Assembly (NCBI RefSeq): GCF_009914755.1
Contig: NC_060926.1
DNA: 64,000 bases
Strand: one strand, 5' to 3'
Origin: the human T2T-CHM13v2.0 reference genome, Homo sapiens
Below the pieces are notes generated by a model, which saw only the letters and a program-made list of their open reading frames with translations, did not search any database and was not told where the DNA came from. Shown here in pieces: positions 18,911 through 39,449 of the stretch; the first letter of the stretch is position 1; every line of letters begins with the position of its first letter. Position numbers and translations under genes: made by a program.

Positions 18911-19581
18911 TAGCATGACAGATTACTTTTATTTTCTTCTTTTTTATTATCTATAATTTATTTATTTTTTCTTAATGAACAAGAGTTCTTATTGTTCTGT
19001 TGGTAATATCTTCCTACTCTAAGGCCTAATATGTTTTTCTGATCATATCAAAATTTTCAGTCAATTTCTCAGTGTTTATTTGGGGCCAGCTGTGGGCCCC
19101 ATACCCTCCTAGTCACTAGGAGTTGCAAATGGAGAACAGAGCAAAATACCTCAGAATCTTAGAATTGGGGAAAAAACCCAGAGAAAACATCAACAAATTA
19201 TCTTAGTCAAGAAACAGACCCAGAGAGATGAAGCATTTTATCCAGGACCACAGCAGAAGAGCAGTCAGCCCCACACAGTGGTCAAATGCTTTAACAAGTT
19301 TGTTTTCTGTTTCCTCTTTAAACTACCAATCCAATATGCGTTTTTTTAATCTGGTTGGTTAGTAACTAAAAGTGATTGTAACATATAGTCATTGGTAACC
19401 AAGATGTTATTACAAGAGACACAGTGAGAAGCCATTGTTAATCTGTTGCATTAAGAAAATAATGTAATGAAGTAAAAGCCAGAGTTTATGAGGGTGTGGT
19501 AAAACCAGAAAACAATTTAATGAGGTAAAAGCCAATGTTTATGAGGGTGTGGTAAAACCGACAGTATCAAACATTACCAAT

Positions 19582-19944
19582 TGCTACGGTTTGAATTTGT
19601 CCCCCAAAGTTTATGTGTTGGAAAGTTAATCCTCAGTGTAACAGTGTTGAGAGGTGGGACCTTTAAGGGGTGATTAGGACATGAGGGATCTGCCCTCATG
19701 CATGGATTAATGCTGTTATCTTGAGAGTAGTTTTCTAATAAAAGGATGAGCTTGGCTTCTCTTCCCTCTCTCTCTCTTGCCCATGCCTTCTGCCATGTTA
19801 TGATACAGCTAGAAGGCCCTCACCAGAGGGCCTTCAATCTTGGACTTCCCAGCTTCCAGAGTGGTGAGGCAAATAAGCTTCTATTGTTCACAGATTACCC
19901 TGTCCGTGGTATTCTGTTATAGCAAGAAAGAATGAACTAAGACA
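19582..19944 (+). mobile_element. MST-family MaLR solo LTR
   Basis: tgctacggtttgaatttgtccccc ... ggtattctgttatagca ... gaactaagaca termini. Confidence 0.85.
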
Positions 19945-20279
19945 CTGACAATACTCCTAATCAGTATATCCCAACTTAAAATCAGTGTGGTAATGTATTT
20001 CAAAAGCCATAAAAATGATAGGACTCTTTGGTCCATTTCTTTAGACTCTGTTATCTAAAGAAATAGATAACTTCTGGTATACCTAAAGGCAGACAATTAG
20101 AAGTAATGGCTATGAGGACTCTATAGTAGGAGGGAAGAGCTCAGGGTTTAATATGGATGATGTTTATATTTCCACCATATTTATAGCCATAGTTATGAAG
20201 AAGCCTGTAACCTGCATCTGCACCCTAAGCCACCAGAATGGCTTTCTGCAAAGCCCCCATAAGCGCCTAGTTGCTGAAA

Positions 20280-21235
20280 CCAGTGAACATCTGACTGTGA
20301 GGAGCCATTTAACACCCCACCTCCTTGTTGGGCCCTTCAACCCCCTTTCCTCCTCTTATCCAGTTTGGTGGTCTCCAGGGACCAAGCCTAGGTTACTTCC
20401 TCCACTCCCTCAACACTCTTACAGAGGGACTTTTCACATCTTTTTCCAAACTAGCTTCCACTTCCATCTTACAAGCCAAGGATTCCAAAATCCTGACCAT
20501 TTGGACCACTCTAGACAGAACCTCTCCCCAGTGCACAGAGCCAACAGTCGGCTTGATATTTCCATTTGGATACTTCCCAGGCTCCTCCAATCATTAAATC
20601 TACAATGGAACTCTTTCCCACCAAAAGCTGCTCTCTTTCTATCTCTCTCTCATTATTGCTACGGAAACCACTCCCATTGCTTCCTCTTACTTGAATGATG
20701 ACCACAGTAATTCCCTAATGGGTCCCACTGTCCCCAGTCTCTCTCCACCCTTGACACAGTTGACAGAGTAATCCTCCTTAAGCACAAACCCTGTTTTTCC
20801 TGACTTAGGTCCTTCAGTGGCTCTCTGCCTGCAGGGTGAAGCCCACCTTCTTGGCTGGCACATGAGATTTTTCCTAATCTGACCTCTGCCCACCCAACAG
20901 CACTCCTCACACACTCTCTTCTCTCTGCACTTACCCAACCAAGTGCAACTGCCAAAACATGCCACTTTCTCTTGCTTTGGTACATGCTGAACCCTATAAG
21001 TGTCACAGATCGTCAAGGGTCTGTCTCCCTGAACTGAATTTAAGAATCACTCTTCTAGGAAGCCTTCCTTGACTCCTGAACTGTCTTCTGCGATCTCACA
21101 GCATCTATTTCATAATCTTTACCCTACCTGTAAACGTCTTCAATGTTTTATTACTGGTCACTTTCCCCCAAGAGCTCTTTATGAATGGGGAGTGTACCTT
21201 CCACATATGTGGCTAGAGCCTCGCACAGTCGGAAA
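20280..21235 (+). mobile_element. L2 fragment
   Basis: Pyrimidine-rich L2 motifs (gatatttccatttggatac, cagagtaatcctccttaa, ttctaggaagccttccttgac). Confidence 0.7.
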
Positions 21236-22269
21236 TGAGGTGAAAGGAAAAAAAAAAAAAAGCAGATGATGACAGTAACTTATTACAATGACAGGGAAGT
21301 ATGTGCTTATTTTTTCCTCCCCATTTTCCATATTGTCTAGTATGTGGATTATACTATTTTGATACATTTTAAAAATCAATTCATTTTGAAGATATGTCCA
21401 ATCTCTCCAAGCTAGCTCCTGTAAAATAACTTACTGCCCAAGTAAAGTCAACTTCAAGATCCTCTTTCCCCAGAGCCTTTAGGCTCAAGACCCCCACCTC
21501 CAGCTTTGCAAATCCAGGATTCTACTTTCCACAAATCCTTCAGGATTCTACTTTCTGCAAAGTAAAACGGCTTATTTCAACATTTTCAGCAGACAGAAGG
21601 ACCACCCACACACCAAAAAATTCCTTGGCCTTGAAAAGGTTACATTGCTCTTGTAGCTGAGTGCCAAAACTCATTTTTGTCCAAACATTCGTCAGAACCT
21701 CACTGTATTCACAGCCTGAACACAAAAAAATGAGGTGCTCTGACAACCTTGCCACAGATTTACAGGGGACAGAGATGATGGGACTTCTGACTGGTATATC
21801 CATCACCTTGTCAGCTTAAGACATCAATGAAAGATGGGGGTTCGGGATAGACTATGAAAATTCCCCCTCCGTCCCTTTAAAAAAAAAAAAAAAAACCCAA
21901 AACATTAATTATCTTCTCAGGTATCCAAAAGTTCAACCATGCACACTGGCTCTTAATTCTTTTAAATTTGTGAAAATAATCCAAACACATAATGTTCAGT
22001 CTGACATTTGCTATTATTTTTCCCCAAGAGAAAACAAAAACCTGATTAGTTCCAAAAATAAAATATAAAGAAGAACTCAAATGAGAAGCAAACCCTGTGG
22101 CTTAGAAACCATTGCTCTGATTAATAGCACATAAGTGTTACCTGACGAATGGGTTCCTGTCTTAAATGCAATTATCACAAATTTCTTGTGATTCCCCACT
22201 GTTTTTATGGTTTATGCCCAGCTCTCAAAGCAACAACTTTAATAGCAATAAATCAAAGGAAACCTCTTC

Positions 22270-22861
<592 letters not shown>

Positions 22862-24725
22862 TCAAATCAGGAATTATTTCCTCCAGGAAGTGGGGATGCG
22901 GGGTGTAGAGTGTGGGCAGAAGAGAAATAGAGGGATGATGGGGAGTGGGAGGAGGATCATGTGGTCTTTTTACTAGGAGAACTGAAAGCGGCTGGCAGGC
23001 ATCTTTGAAACAGAGAACATACTATAAACAAACAGCAGCATTTAGAAGGTATAATTTCCAAGATTTTTGATTCAACTCAACATGTACTACGTGCCTATAG
23101 GTACCCATCATCATGACCTGGAAACTTGCCTCGTGTTGATTAATGATATTCTTACCACGGAGAAGAAGAGTAATTAAAAGGGAGAAAAACAGAATATGAA
23201 AGCGGGTCAAAGATCAAATGACTGATTCAAGGCTACCTGACCAACAGAGACATTGTCACAGCCAGGAGACACCTTTGTGCTTCATTCACCAGTAGTTTAT
23301 TGCAAAGTGAAGTTTTGGTTCAGAACAAAAGGGAAGTAAGTCCACTAAGAATGAACTACTGTACACAAATTGCTGAAGTTGACGCAATAGATAGTAGCAT
23401 GTATTTAGTATCAGCTGTAGGTGGTTCTCAAAGTCAAAATTCATTAACTATTCAAATGTTCAAGCTGTAGAGACTTTTTTCAGATGTGCATACAACATAC
23501 TTATAACAAAGTTAATTTTTATAAAATATTATTTCCTTAAGAACTGAAGATGCTAAAAAGCTCCAACCATAAATTAATCAAATATTTGATGCCCATTTAA
23601 AGATACTATTAAAGATCTGACAAATACTAAATAACACACCTGAATGAGGAAAGTTATGACCCAAATGACTGCATACTTTAATAATCCCATATTAAAATAG
23701 AAAATGTCACACAAATTGAGCTGATTTGAAATATTTTTATTAGAAAATAAAAGCTATGTCCATTTAAACCATCATTCCTAAAACGCCTACCAAACAATAT
23801 AATTATTACCTTAAATCCCAAATGATAATACAATCTTTTCTATCCACATTATCTTCCCCATTGGTTGATACAGTACATCTGATCCTTCCATGACATATAC
23901 AATGGCCATTAAGGATGACAGTTAACAGTAGTTATGTATATACAGTGAAAATAGTACAACTGACCACACACACAATTGAATACTCTCATTGAGGATAGGG
24001 TCAATAAAAATAATGGTTAAAACCAATACATAATTTTATCTGTTCAATCACTTGCTGTCTTTAGCAGTAAAAGTCAAACAACACACACATATTATTTTTT
24101 TCCATAAAGTCTTCACATGTTGAAAATACTTTTTAATCCAGGTGCAGATAATTAACAATGAAAAGACATTTCATCTTCTTTCTTACATCCAGGGACTTTA
24201 TCAGACTTAAATTCACTAGGTGCATGGAAAGAACAGTAACTGAAAAGGCAATTTGACCATAAACTGTTTGCAAGACAGAAGTGTTCTATTTTAAGGCAAG
24301 TATCTTTATCACACACATACATAGCAATTTATCCACTGATGAATTTTATCAAATGACAGTATCAACCAAGAAAGTGAGGTATAACTTTACTCAATGTAAG
24401 TACAAATGTCAGAAAATGTAAAGACATTCTCAATGTACTTAATATATTTTACCCATAACTAGAGAACTCTTCTCAAAGTTCTTATATGCTCAGAAATACC
24501 CGAGATTCTCAATTCTAGAAAAAATAACTAGAAATTAAATACTCTAATATCTTTGCATAAGGCTCTCCATATATAAGGCTACCTTTGATATAAGGCTACT
24601 TCGATGTATTTTCTGAAAATAGCAAAAATGTGCACCAAAATTCAAGGTATTCTGAAACTAAAGAAAGAGGTCTTGGTCTTGCGAGGGATAGTGAGGTGGT
24701 TAGTTTATTGATCAAACTTAAGCTA

Positions 24726-29506
<4,781 letters not shown>

Positions 29507-30719
29507 TTACTGTAAAGGACCCCAGAATGGGTCTTCAAGGGCTTTTTGCAGGTACAAGGATCTCTCAGGGCGTCAGGGCAAGGCCCGTTGATGGTCATCT
29601 CTGTATACCCCACAGTGCCCAGCACAGAAGTGACACTTGTTAGGCAAATGCTCCTGTTTTGTGCACACAAAGGATTAAAATTCAACAACAACAACAAGAA
29701 AACCCAAAACTTTTCCTAGGGCAATGCTGAAGGTTAATTAACCATCAAGTCCTGTTTTTGGAATACCTCCTCCACCCCAGTAATTCAGTGGTACTTGTGC
29801 TCACTGTAAGTACTATGGAAAGATAGGATTAAACACTGTTGGGAAATCCAGTTCCCGGAAATTCAGAGCTGTTTCTCAGCTCTTCTGCCAAAATATCCCC
29901 AAGATAGGTAAAGGAAGAGAACTGAAAGAGCTCTAACATTGACGATTCAAGGACACAGAGGCACCTTGTATCTACAACCTCCAGCATTCTCCCAGGAACC
30001 TGAAATAACTGAGTTTGAGAAGCATGAGGTCAGGTAAAAAAGAGGTATTACAATAAACCAACCAACAGAAGCAAGTAATCTTTTATCTCTCATGTCTGTG
30101 TGTCTCTATATCTTTAGGCAAGTGAACATAAACTCAAATTAACTTGGGTTAATGAAGAGAATCAGTTTAATGAACTTAGAAACCATTAAATATATACCAA
30201 TTGAAGAACTGTTTAAAAACCATCAACAAGTACTTCTATGGCTTCGACTTGGTAAATTTCTTGCAGAGATTTTAAAACTTCAACAAAATGTATTTCCTGA
30301 TATAGACAGTACAACAACTTAACTCACGAAGTCTGTCCATTTCTTCATTAAAACACAGAATCAATATGCTTTTATGATAAAAAAAAAAACAAAAAAACAA
30401 AAAAAAAACACTCAACAAACCAGAATAGAAGGATAGTTCCTCAACCAAGTAAAGGGAATCTATGGAAAAACCCACAACTAACATCATACTTAGCAATGAA
30501 GGACTGCAATTTTTCCCCCAAGATCAGGAATAAGGCCAGGATGTCCACTTCTATTTGACATTGTACTGTAAGTTCTAACTGGGGCAATTAGATAAGAGAA
30601 AGACGTAAGATACCCAGATTGAAAAGAAAGAAGTAAAATTATCTCCAGTTGCAGATGGCATGATCTTATATATAGAAAACCTAAAGAATCCTATTATAGC
30701 TAATAAAGCATTCAACAAG

Positions 30720-31340
30720 TATGATGGTTAATTTTAGGTGTCAACTTGACTGGATTAAGGAATAGCTAGAGAACAGGTAAATTATTACTGCTGGGTGTGT
30801 CTGTGAGGGTGTTTCCAGAAACTGGTGTGTGAGTCGGTGGGCTGAGTCGGGGAAGATCTACCATCAATGTGGGCAGGCACCAACCAGTTGGCTGAAGGGC
30901 CAGGGGTGGTGGCTCATGCCTGTAATTTCAGCATTTTGGGAGGCTGAGGGGGGCATATCACTTGAGGTCAGGAGTTCAAGACCAGCCTGGCCAAAATGGT
31001 GAAATCCCGTCTCTACTAAAAATACAAAAATTAGCCAGGCGTGGTAGCGCACCCCTGTAATCCCAGCTACTTGAGAGGCTGAGGCAGGAGAATTGCTTGA
31101 ACCCGAGAGGTGGGGGTGCAGTGAGCTGTGATGGTGCCACTGCACTCCAGCCTGGGTGACAGAACAAAACTCTGTCTCAAAACAAAACAAAACAAAACAA
31201 AAAAACAATTGGCTGAAGGACCAGACGCAACAAAAAAGACAGAGAAAAGGTAATTTCTTCTCTTTTCCTTAAAGCTGGGGACACTCTTCTCCTACCCTGG
31301 GACATCAGTATTCCAGGCTCTCTGGCCTTTGGACTGCAGT
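30720..31340 (+). mobile_element. MLT2 (ERVL) LTR fragment inside L1, split by an Alu at about 30897-31206
   Basis: tgatggttaattttaggtgtcaacttgactggattaagg start; Alu flanked by duplicated ttggctgaag. Confidence 0.85.
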
Positions 31341-31610
31341 AACAAAAATAAACTACTTTGGGAATAAGTTAAACCAAACAAATGCAAGACTTGTACACTG
31401 AAAACTATAAAACATTGTTGAAAGAAATTAAAGAAGACATAAGTGAATCGAAAGGCACCTCATATTCATAGATTAGAAGACTTAATATGAATAAGATGCT
31501 ACCCCCTAATTTATCTACAGATTCAATGTATTCACTGTCAAAATTCCAACTAAATTTTTTTGCAGAAATGGACACACCAAACCTAAAATTCATATAGTAA
31601 TACAAGGAAT

Positions 31611-32760
<1,150 letters not shown>

Positions 32761-35031
32761 ATTCTTAAGAAAACACATAGGAGTAAATCTTCATGACCTT
32801 CACTTTATTAGATATGACACCAGAAGCAAAAGAGACAAGAGAAAAAACAGATAAATTGGGAAACATCAAAATTTAAAATGTGTGCTGCAAATGATACATA
32901 CCACTAAGAAAGTGAAAAGACAACCCTCAGAATAAGAGAAAATATTTACAAATCATATATTTGAAAAGGATCTGTATCCAGAATAAACAACTCTTAAAAT
33001 CCAACAACTTTTTTAAAAAACCTATTTTTTTAAGGGCAGGGGTTTAAGTAGACATTTCTCCAAAGAATAGATGAAAAGATGACCAACAGCATTGTCATTA
33101 GGGAAATGCAAGTCATAATCACAGGGAGATAACCATTTCATACCCACTGTGACGGCTATTATTTTTAAAAAGGAAAATGACAAGAGTTGGGGAGGATGTG
33201 GAGAAACTGGAACCTTCACACATTGCTGGTGGGAATCAAATTGCTCAGCTGCTTTGGAAAACAGTTTGGCAGCTCCTCAAAAAGTTAAACATTAGCATCT
33301 AACCTGGCAATTCCATTCCTAGGTTTATATCCAACAGAAAAAGAAACCCTATGTCCACATGATAATTTGTACATGAATGTCATAGCAGCATTATACATAA
33401 CAGTCAAAAAGTAGAAACAAGTGTCCATCAACTGATGCATGGATAAATAAAATGCAATCTACCCATACAAGGAAATATTATTCAGTCGTAAAAAGGAATG
33501 ATGTACTGATACATGCTACAACATGGATGAACTTTGAAAACATGACACTAGGTGAAAGAAGCCAGACACAAAAGGCCAGCCACATATCATATGATTCCAT
33601 TTATATGAAATGTCCAGAATAGGCAAATCCACAGAGACAGAAAGTAGATTAGTGGTTGCCAGGGGATGAGTGGAGTGGAAATGGGTAGTGACTGCTAATG
33701 GGCACAGGGTACATGAAAATGTTCTGGAGTTAGATAGTGGTGATGGTTATACAGCTCTATAAATATATTAAAAACCACAGAACTGTACATTTTAAGATAA
33801 CAAATTGTATGGCATACGAATTATGTCTCATCTTTTTTAAAAAAGGCATTGTTAGGACCACCCCATATTTATTTAGTTCCATTTTTAAACTTCCCTAAAA
33901 ACTCTTGCTAGATAGACTAAAGCTTGTCTACAGAGCCACACTGCCAATAACACTGACTGGTCAAGGTAGTCATGTACCCAGGAACTACCCTTATTTCCTT
34001 CTCTGGCCACTCAATTGCCTCTTGGCATGGTGAAGACATGCTTAACACTCACTTGTGTGGGATTAAACAGAATACAGTGTGAGTCGCAAATACAGTGAGG
34101 GCAAAGCAGAAAACAGCTAGAACAGGGAATAAAAAGAAGGTATCCATCTATCATCCCAGCTACCCCTTAGAAAACTTTTGTGAGGACCATAAAAACCACA
34201 CTTTCTTGGTTGACAAAATTCCTCATCCTTAGGTCAAACATTGTAATTCCTCAAATCTGATTTTACACACGCTGGCTTTTTAATAAAATCTGATTCTGTT
34301 TTGACCCTTATACAAGAATGCCCTTCTCAAAAGAACTTGTTCTTTCATACATGCATGAAAAATGAAATTTTTTTTAAAATCTCCTTTAGGGGATGATAGG
34401 TAACACAACAGAAGGGTGACCCACAGGTTAGATTCCCTAATTGAGTTCCTGTACATATCTACCATTAGGTAAAATATGAAGACATTTACAACCCTTTTTT
34501 CCCATACGAATGTCTGGAAACCTATCTATTACATGAAGTGGGGTGCACCTAATTATTTCTTACATGCTATAGTGTTCCTATCTCCACCTTGTACCACAGC
34601 ACAAAAAGATGCATACATAAAAAATATATATTTAAGAAAAAGACACACAAACATGTGTGTGCCCAGTTTCTGATCTTTTTAAACAGGGTTAACTGGGAAT
34701 CTAATAAGTGGTTTTGATTAAATTAATATAAGTCGAATCTTAGAAAGAAAGCAACCATGACCCACGATTCTAACTTTAAAACTAGAATATTTATGTGATT
34801 TGTATTATTCTTTGTTTTTAAGAGCCTTCCAAATGGTAAGAATTACTGAATAAAAAATATAGGTAAGAGATTAAGCAGTTTATCTCAAAGCAAAACATCT
34901 AAAGTTTCTACCTCTGTCCTAGGAACAAAAATAAACAACCTTCACATAGATCTGAAAGTTAAGCCTTACACAGATTTTATGATTTGCATTTTACTTCAGA
35001 GTGTATAGTATAAAAGCGTGGATATGGTTTA

Positions 35032-35448
<417 letters not shown>

Positions 35449-36705
35449 TCAGAATTTGTAACTATAAATATTACTCTCTACTAAGAAAGTAAAATTATCT
35501 TGCCCTCTATATTGTAGAGAAAGAAAGCATGGAATTCCATCAGAGTTATAAGATCGAGGTTGTAATATGCAGTTGAAAAATAATACCTAAGTTGAACAAA
35601 TCATCGTATATTACTACAGCAGATGTCACTGCTTGAGCCCAGGAGTTTGAGACCAGCCTGTGTAACATAGGGAGACCCTGTCTCTACTACAAAACAAAAA
35701 CAAACCAATACACACTACAAACTGCCTCCACTCTGTCATGGGCAGAACTATAGAATTATTTCCAAATAACAGAAATAGTGATCCTATCTAATATAAAATT
35801 ACGGGAAATTTTAGTTTTAGTTTTAATATAATGCTGCATAAATAAGTACATCAAAGCACTCCTTCAGATATAAATAACATAGAATCACTTACTCCTGGTA
35901 GGTGAAAGCCAAATAATATTCTCCCTTCACTTTCATGTACTAAATGTTATATTTGGTATAGTCTTGTTGATATTTTAAACGATAAACCAAAGAATTCCCA
36001 CCAAAGCTACTTAAAATGTATTTGTTTAAATTACAGCATAAATGCAGATTATCAAGTTCAATTTTCTAAGCAAATAGTAGTAAACTGACAATTGAGCTTA
36101 TGCTAACAGTCAAAAGCTCCAGTACTTACTGAAAATATTTGGAAGATCTAGAAAAATCTGAAAGTTTGGGCATAAGTTAACCACAGAATGGGACAATATA
36201 ATCATGCTTCTGGATGACATTTCACAAATCTATGGAAGGCTTCACTGCAAATGAGGCAGTAAATCATTAGTCTACTTTCAGAAGCAGAACTGATATGCCC
36301 AGGTTTCTGAGTGCAGATGGGCTCTGGAAAATCAGGAAGTGAAACACCATAGGAAAGAACACTGAACAGACACAGAAGTAAATGGATGCAACCTTTCCTG
36401 ACCAAAATGGAACTTTCCAGAACATTCCATCAAAGCTTCAACCCATGTTACTTGACATTTCTCAGCCTGGTTCTGAGAATGTCCTGAATAATGCAGTGAC
36501 AACTATCAAATACCTGTACTTATTTGGATACATGTGGATGAGTGCACAACTGTACAGTAATTTTTAAAATTCTAGAGAAAATCTGAGTTACTTATGCATT
36601 TGTCTCAAGCCCTCCTTCTTGACATCTAAGGCTTCTAAAAGCAATATTATTTTTATTATAAAAATAAACTGTCAATTATATATTATTGTATATATATATA
36701 TATGA

Positions 36706-37392
<687 letters not shown>

Positions 37393-38535
37393 TAAAAGAA
37401 ATCCTTCATGGCTTCCGAAGTTACAAGATTCTTAAAGGAAGTATATCCAGAGTACTAAGCCAAAAGTCTGGAAATCAAGCTTCTGGGACCTAACCTGACA
37501 CTAGAGTGACCATGGCTAAATTACAACCCACTGGGAGCAGAGTTCCCTGGTTGCTAATATTTGGATCGGACAAAAGGCATACAATTGGGCCAAAATAGAC
37601 CAGAAGGTTTCCACAACCCCTAGTTCCAACTTCCTATGACCCTATAAAATGATTAGACTATGTCTGATTGAATTGTATATTACACACCATAAGGGAATGC
37701 ACATTTATGAAGGGTCAGAGGACTCGAAATATTCTATGACACTATGCATTAAGTTTGGAGTTACACAGCTGAATAGTAATACAGAGCTAGGAGCTTTCAA
37801 TGTTTTATTTTTCATTTCTATGGAAAAGAGGTGAAGTGGACAGAAGGGATGTCTGAAATTCTATCCTGAGGCTTTAATATTTCAAATATTGTTTTGCATC
37901 TTTTTGTCTGTTTTCTTTAAAAAAAAAAAAAAAAAGGAAAATAAACTGCTATTAGCAAATACCAAGCCAACAGGGAAAATTCTCCCAACACCAACATCCA
38001 AATTAACCCCATCTCCACCTCTTCCAGATCACAGGACATCTGGACAAAGGTTTAAAAAGACAAATAATTTTGACTTATTGACAGCCATTGTGGAAATAAC
38101 TTTTCAGAAAGTATGAACTTACAAATGGGTACTTATAGGTAATGACCAAACCCAAGAACAAATGCAACTGTTTCAATTAGCAACAAGGACAATACAGTAA
38201 TGAAAGCCTTGAATTGTTAGTTTGTTCACTTTCAAATATATTCCCTAATTTTGTGTTTGTAATCCTAAAACTCCCATTTTAGAGAATACAAAACAAGTTA
38301 CATATTAGATCAAGTCATGTAAATTCAGGTGTGGTAAAATCAGATTAAAGATTAGGAGATTAGGGCTTTTTTCCTCTTTGGGTATTTTAATTTAGGATAA
38401 TGTCTGACTTACTGGTACCAATACAGATATTAATGAAAACATTTCTGCCATGAAAAGACTGAGTTATAAGAGATGTCTGTAAGTATAGCTAAGAAAGAAG
38501 TGATACTTAATGGTTTTTTAAAAAAGCAGCAACAG

Positions 38536-38835
<300 letters not shown>

Positions 38836-39114
38836 AATAGATAAATAATGATAAAAGTAGCAACGCTCAGGGAACGTTACAATAAAATGCTGTTCCTAAA
38901 AAAACACAACATCCATGAAGACAAAACCCTAATACATATTTTTTCATTTATGAATGAACTACTCTATCACGTCTCATCGTCTCCTTATAAATGGGTAGCT
39001 TAACTGCCACTAGTATTTACCCAACATGCTTCTTTATGAAAATCGGTCCTATGGAAAGTCTGGAATCACCAACAAGAGATTTCACACTTGTTACCTAAGG
39101 GTAGCATGAAGTCT

Positions 39115-39262
39115 GTGTGTATATTTGCACATGTACATTATATATATATATACACACACACATATCCCTATATATAAAATATATACACATATATATACCT
39201 ATATGTATGTATAAAATATATATATATAGGTGTGTGTGTATATATATACCTATAGGTATATG
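39115..39262. repeat. (TA/CA/TG)n low-complexity tract
   Basis: Mostly alternating purine-pyrimidine sequence. Confidence 0.9.
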
Positions 39263-39449
39263 CTTCTCCTCGTCTCTTCACACAGAAGTTTCTCCCCTCA
39301 AATCAGTCAACTGTTTGTGCCCAAGTCTGTAACAGACACTGTCGGGGATACAAAGGTGTATGCATGAGAGAGGATCCCAGCTCTCAAGACAGTTATAATT
39401 TACTTGGGAAGATAGGACATATTCACATAAAGCGGTCCCAGTACCAGTA

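Noticed and set aside
20153-21016. 181-aa and neighbouring ORFs
   Set aside because: Lie mostly in a degenerate L2 fragment; no recognisable domain.
21515-21555. Short direct duplications (caggattctactttc x2; similar ones at about 8017-8050 and 24570-24600)
   Set aside because: Ordinary slippage duplications of two copies with no spacer array.
22891-22955. G-run cluster as a G-quadruplex
   Set aside because: Loops are long and irregular; not a canonical G4 pattern.
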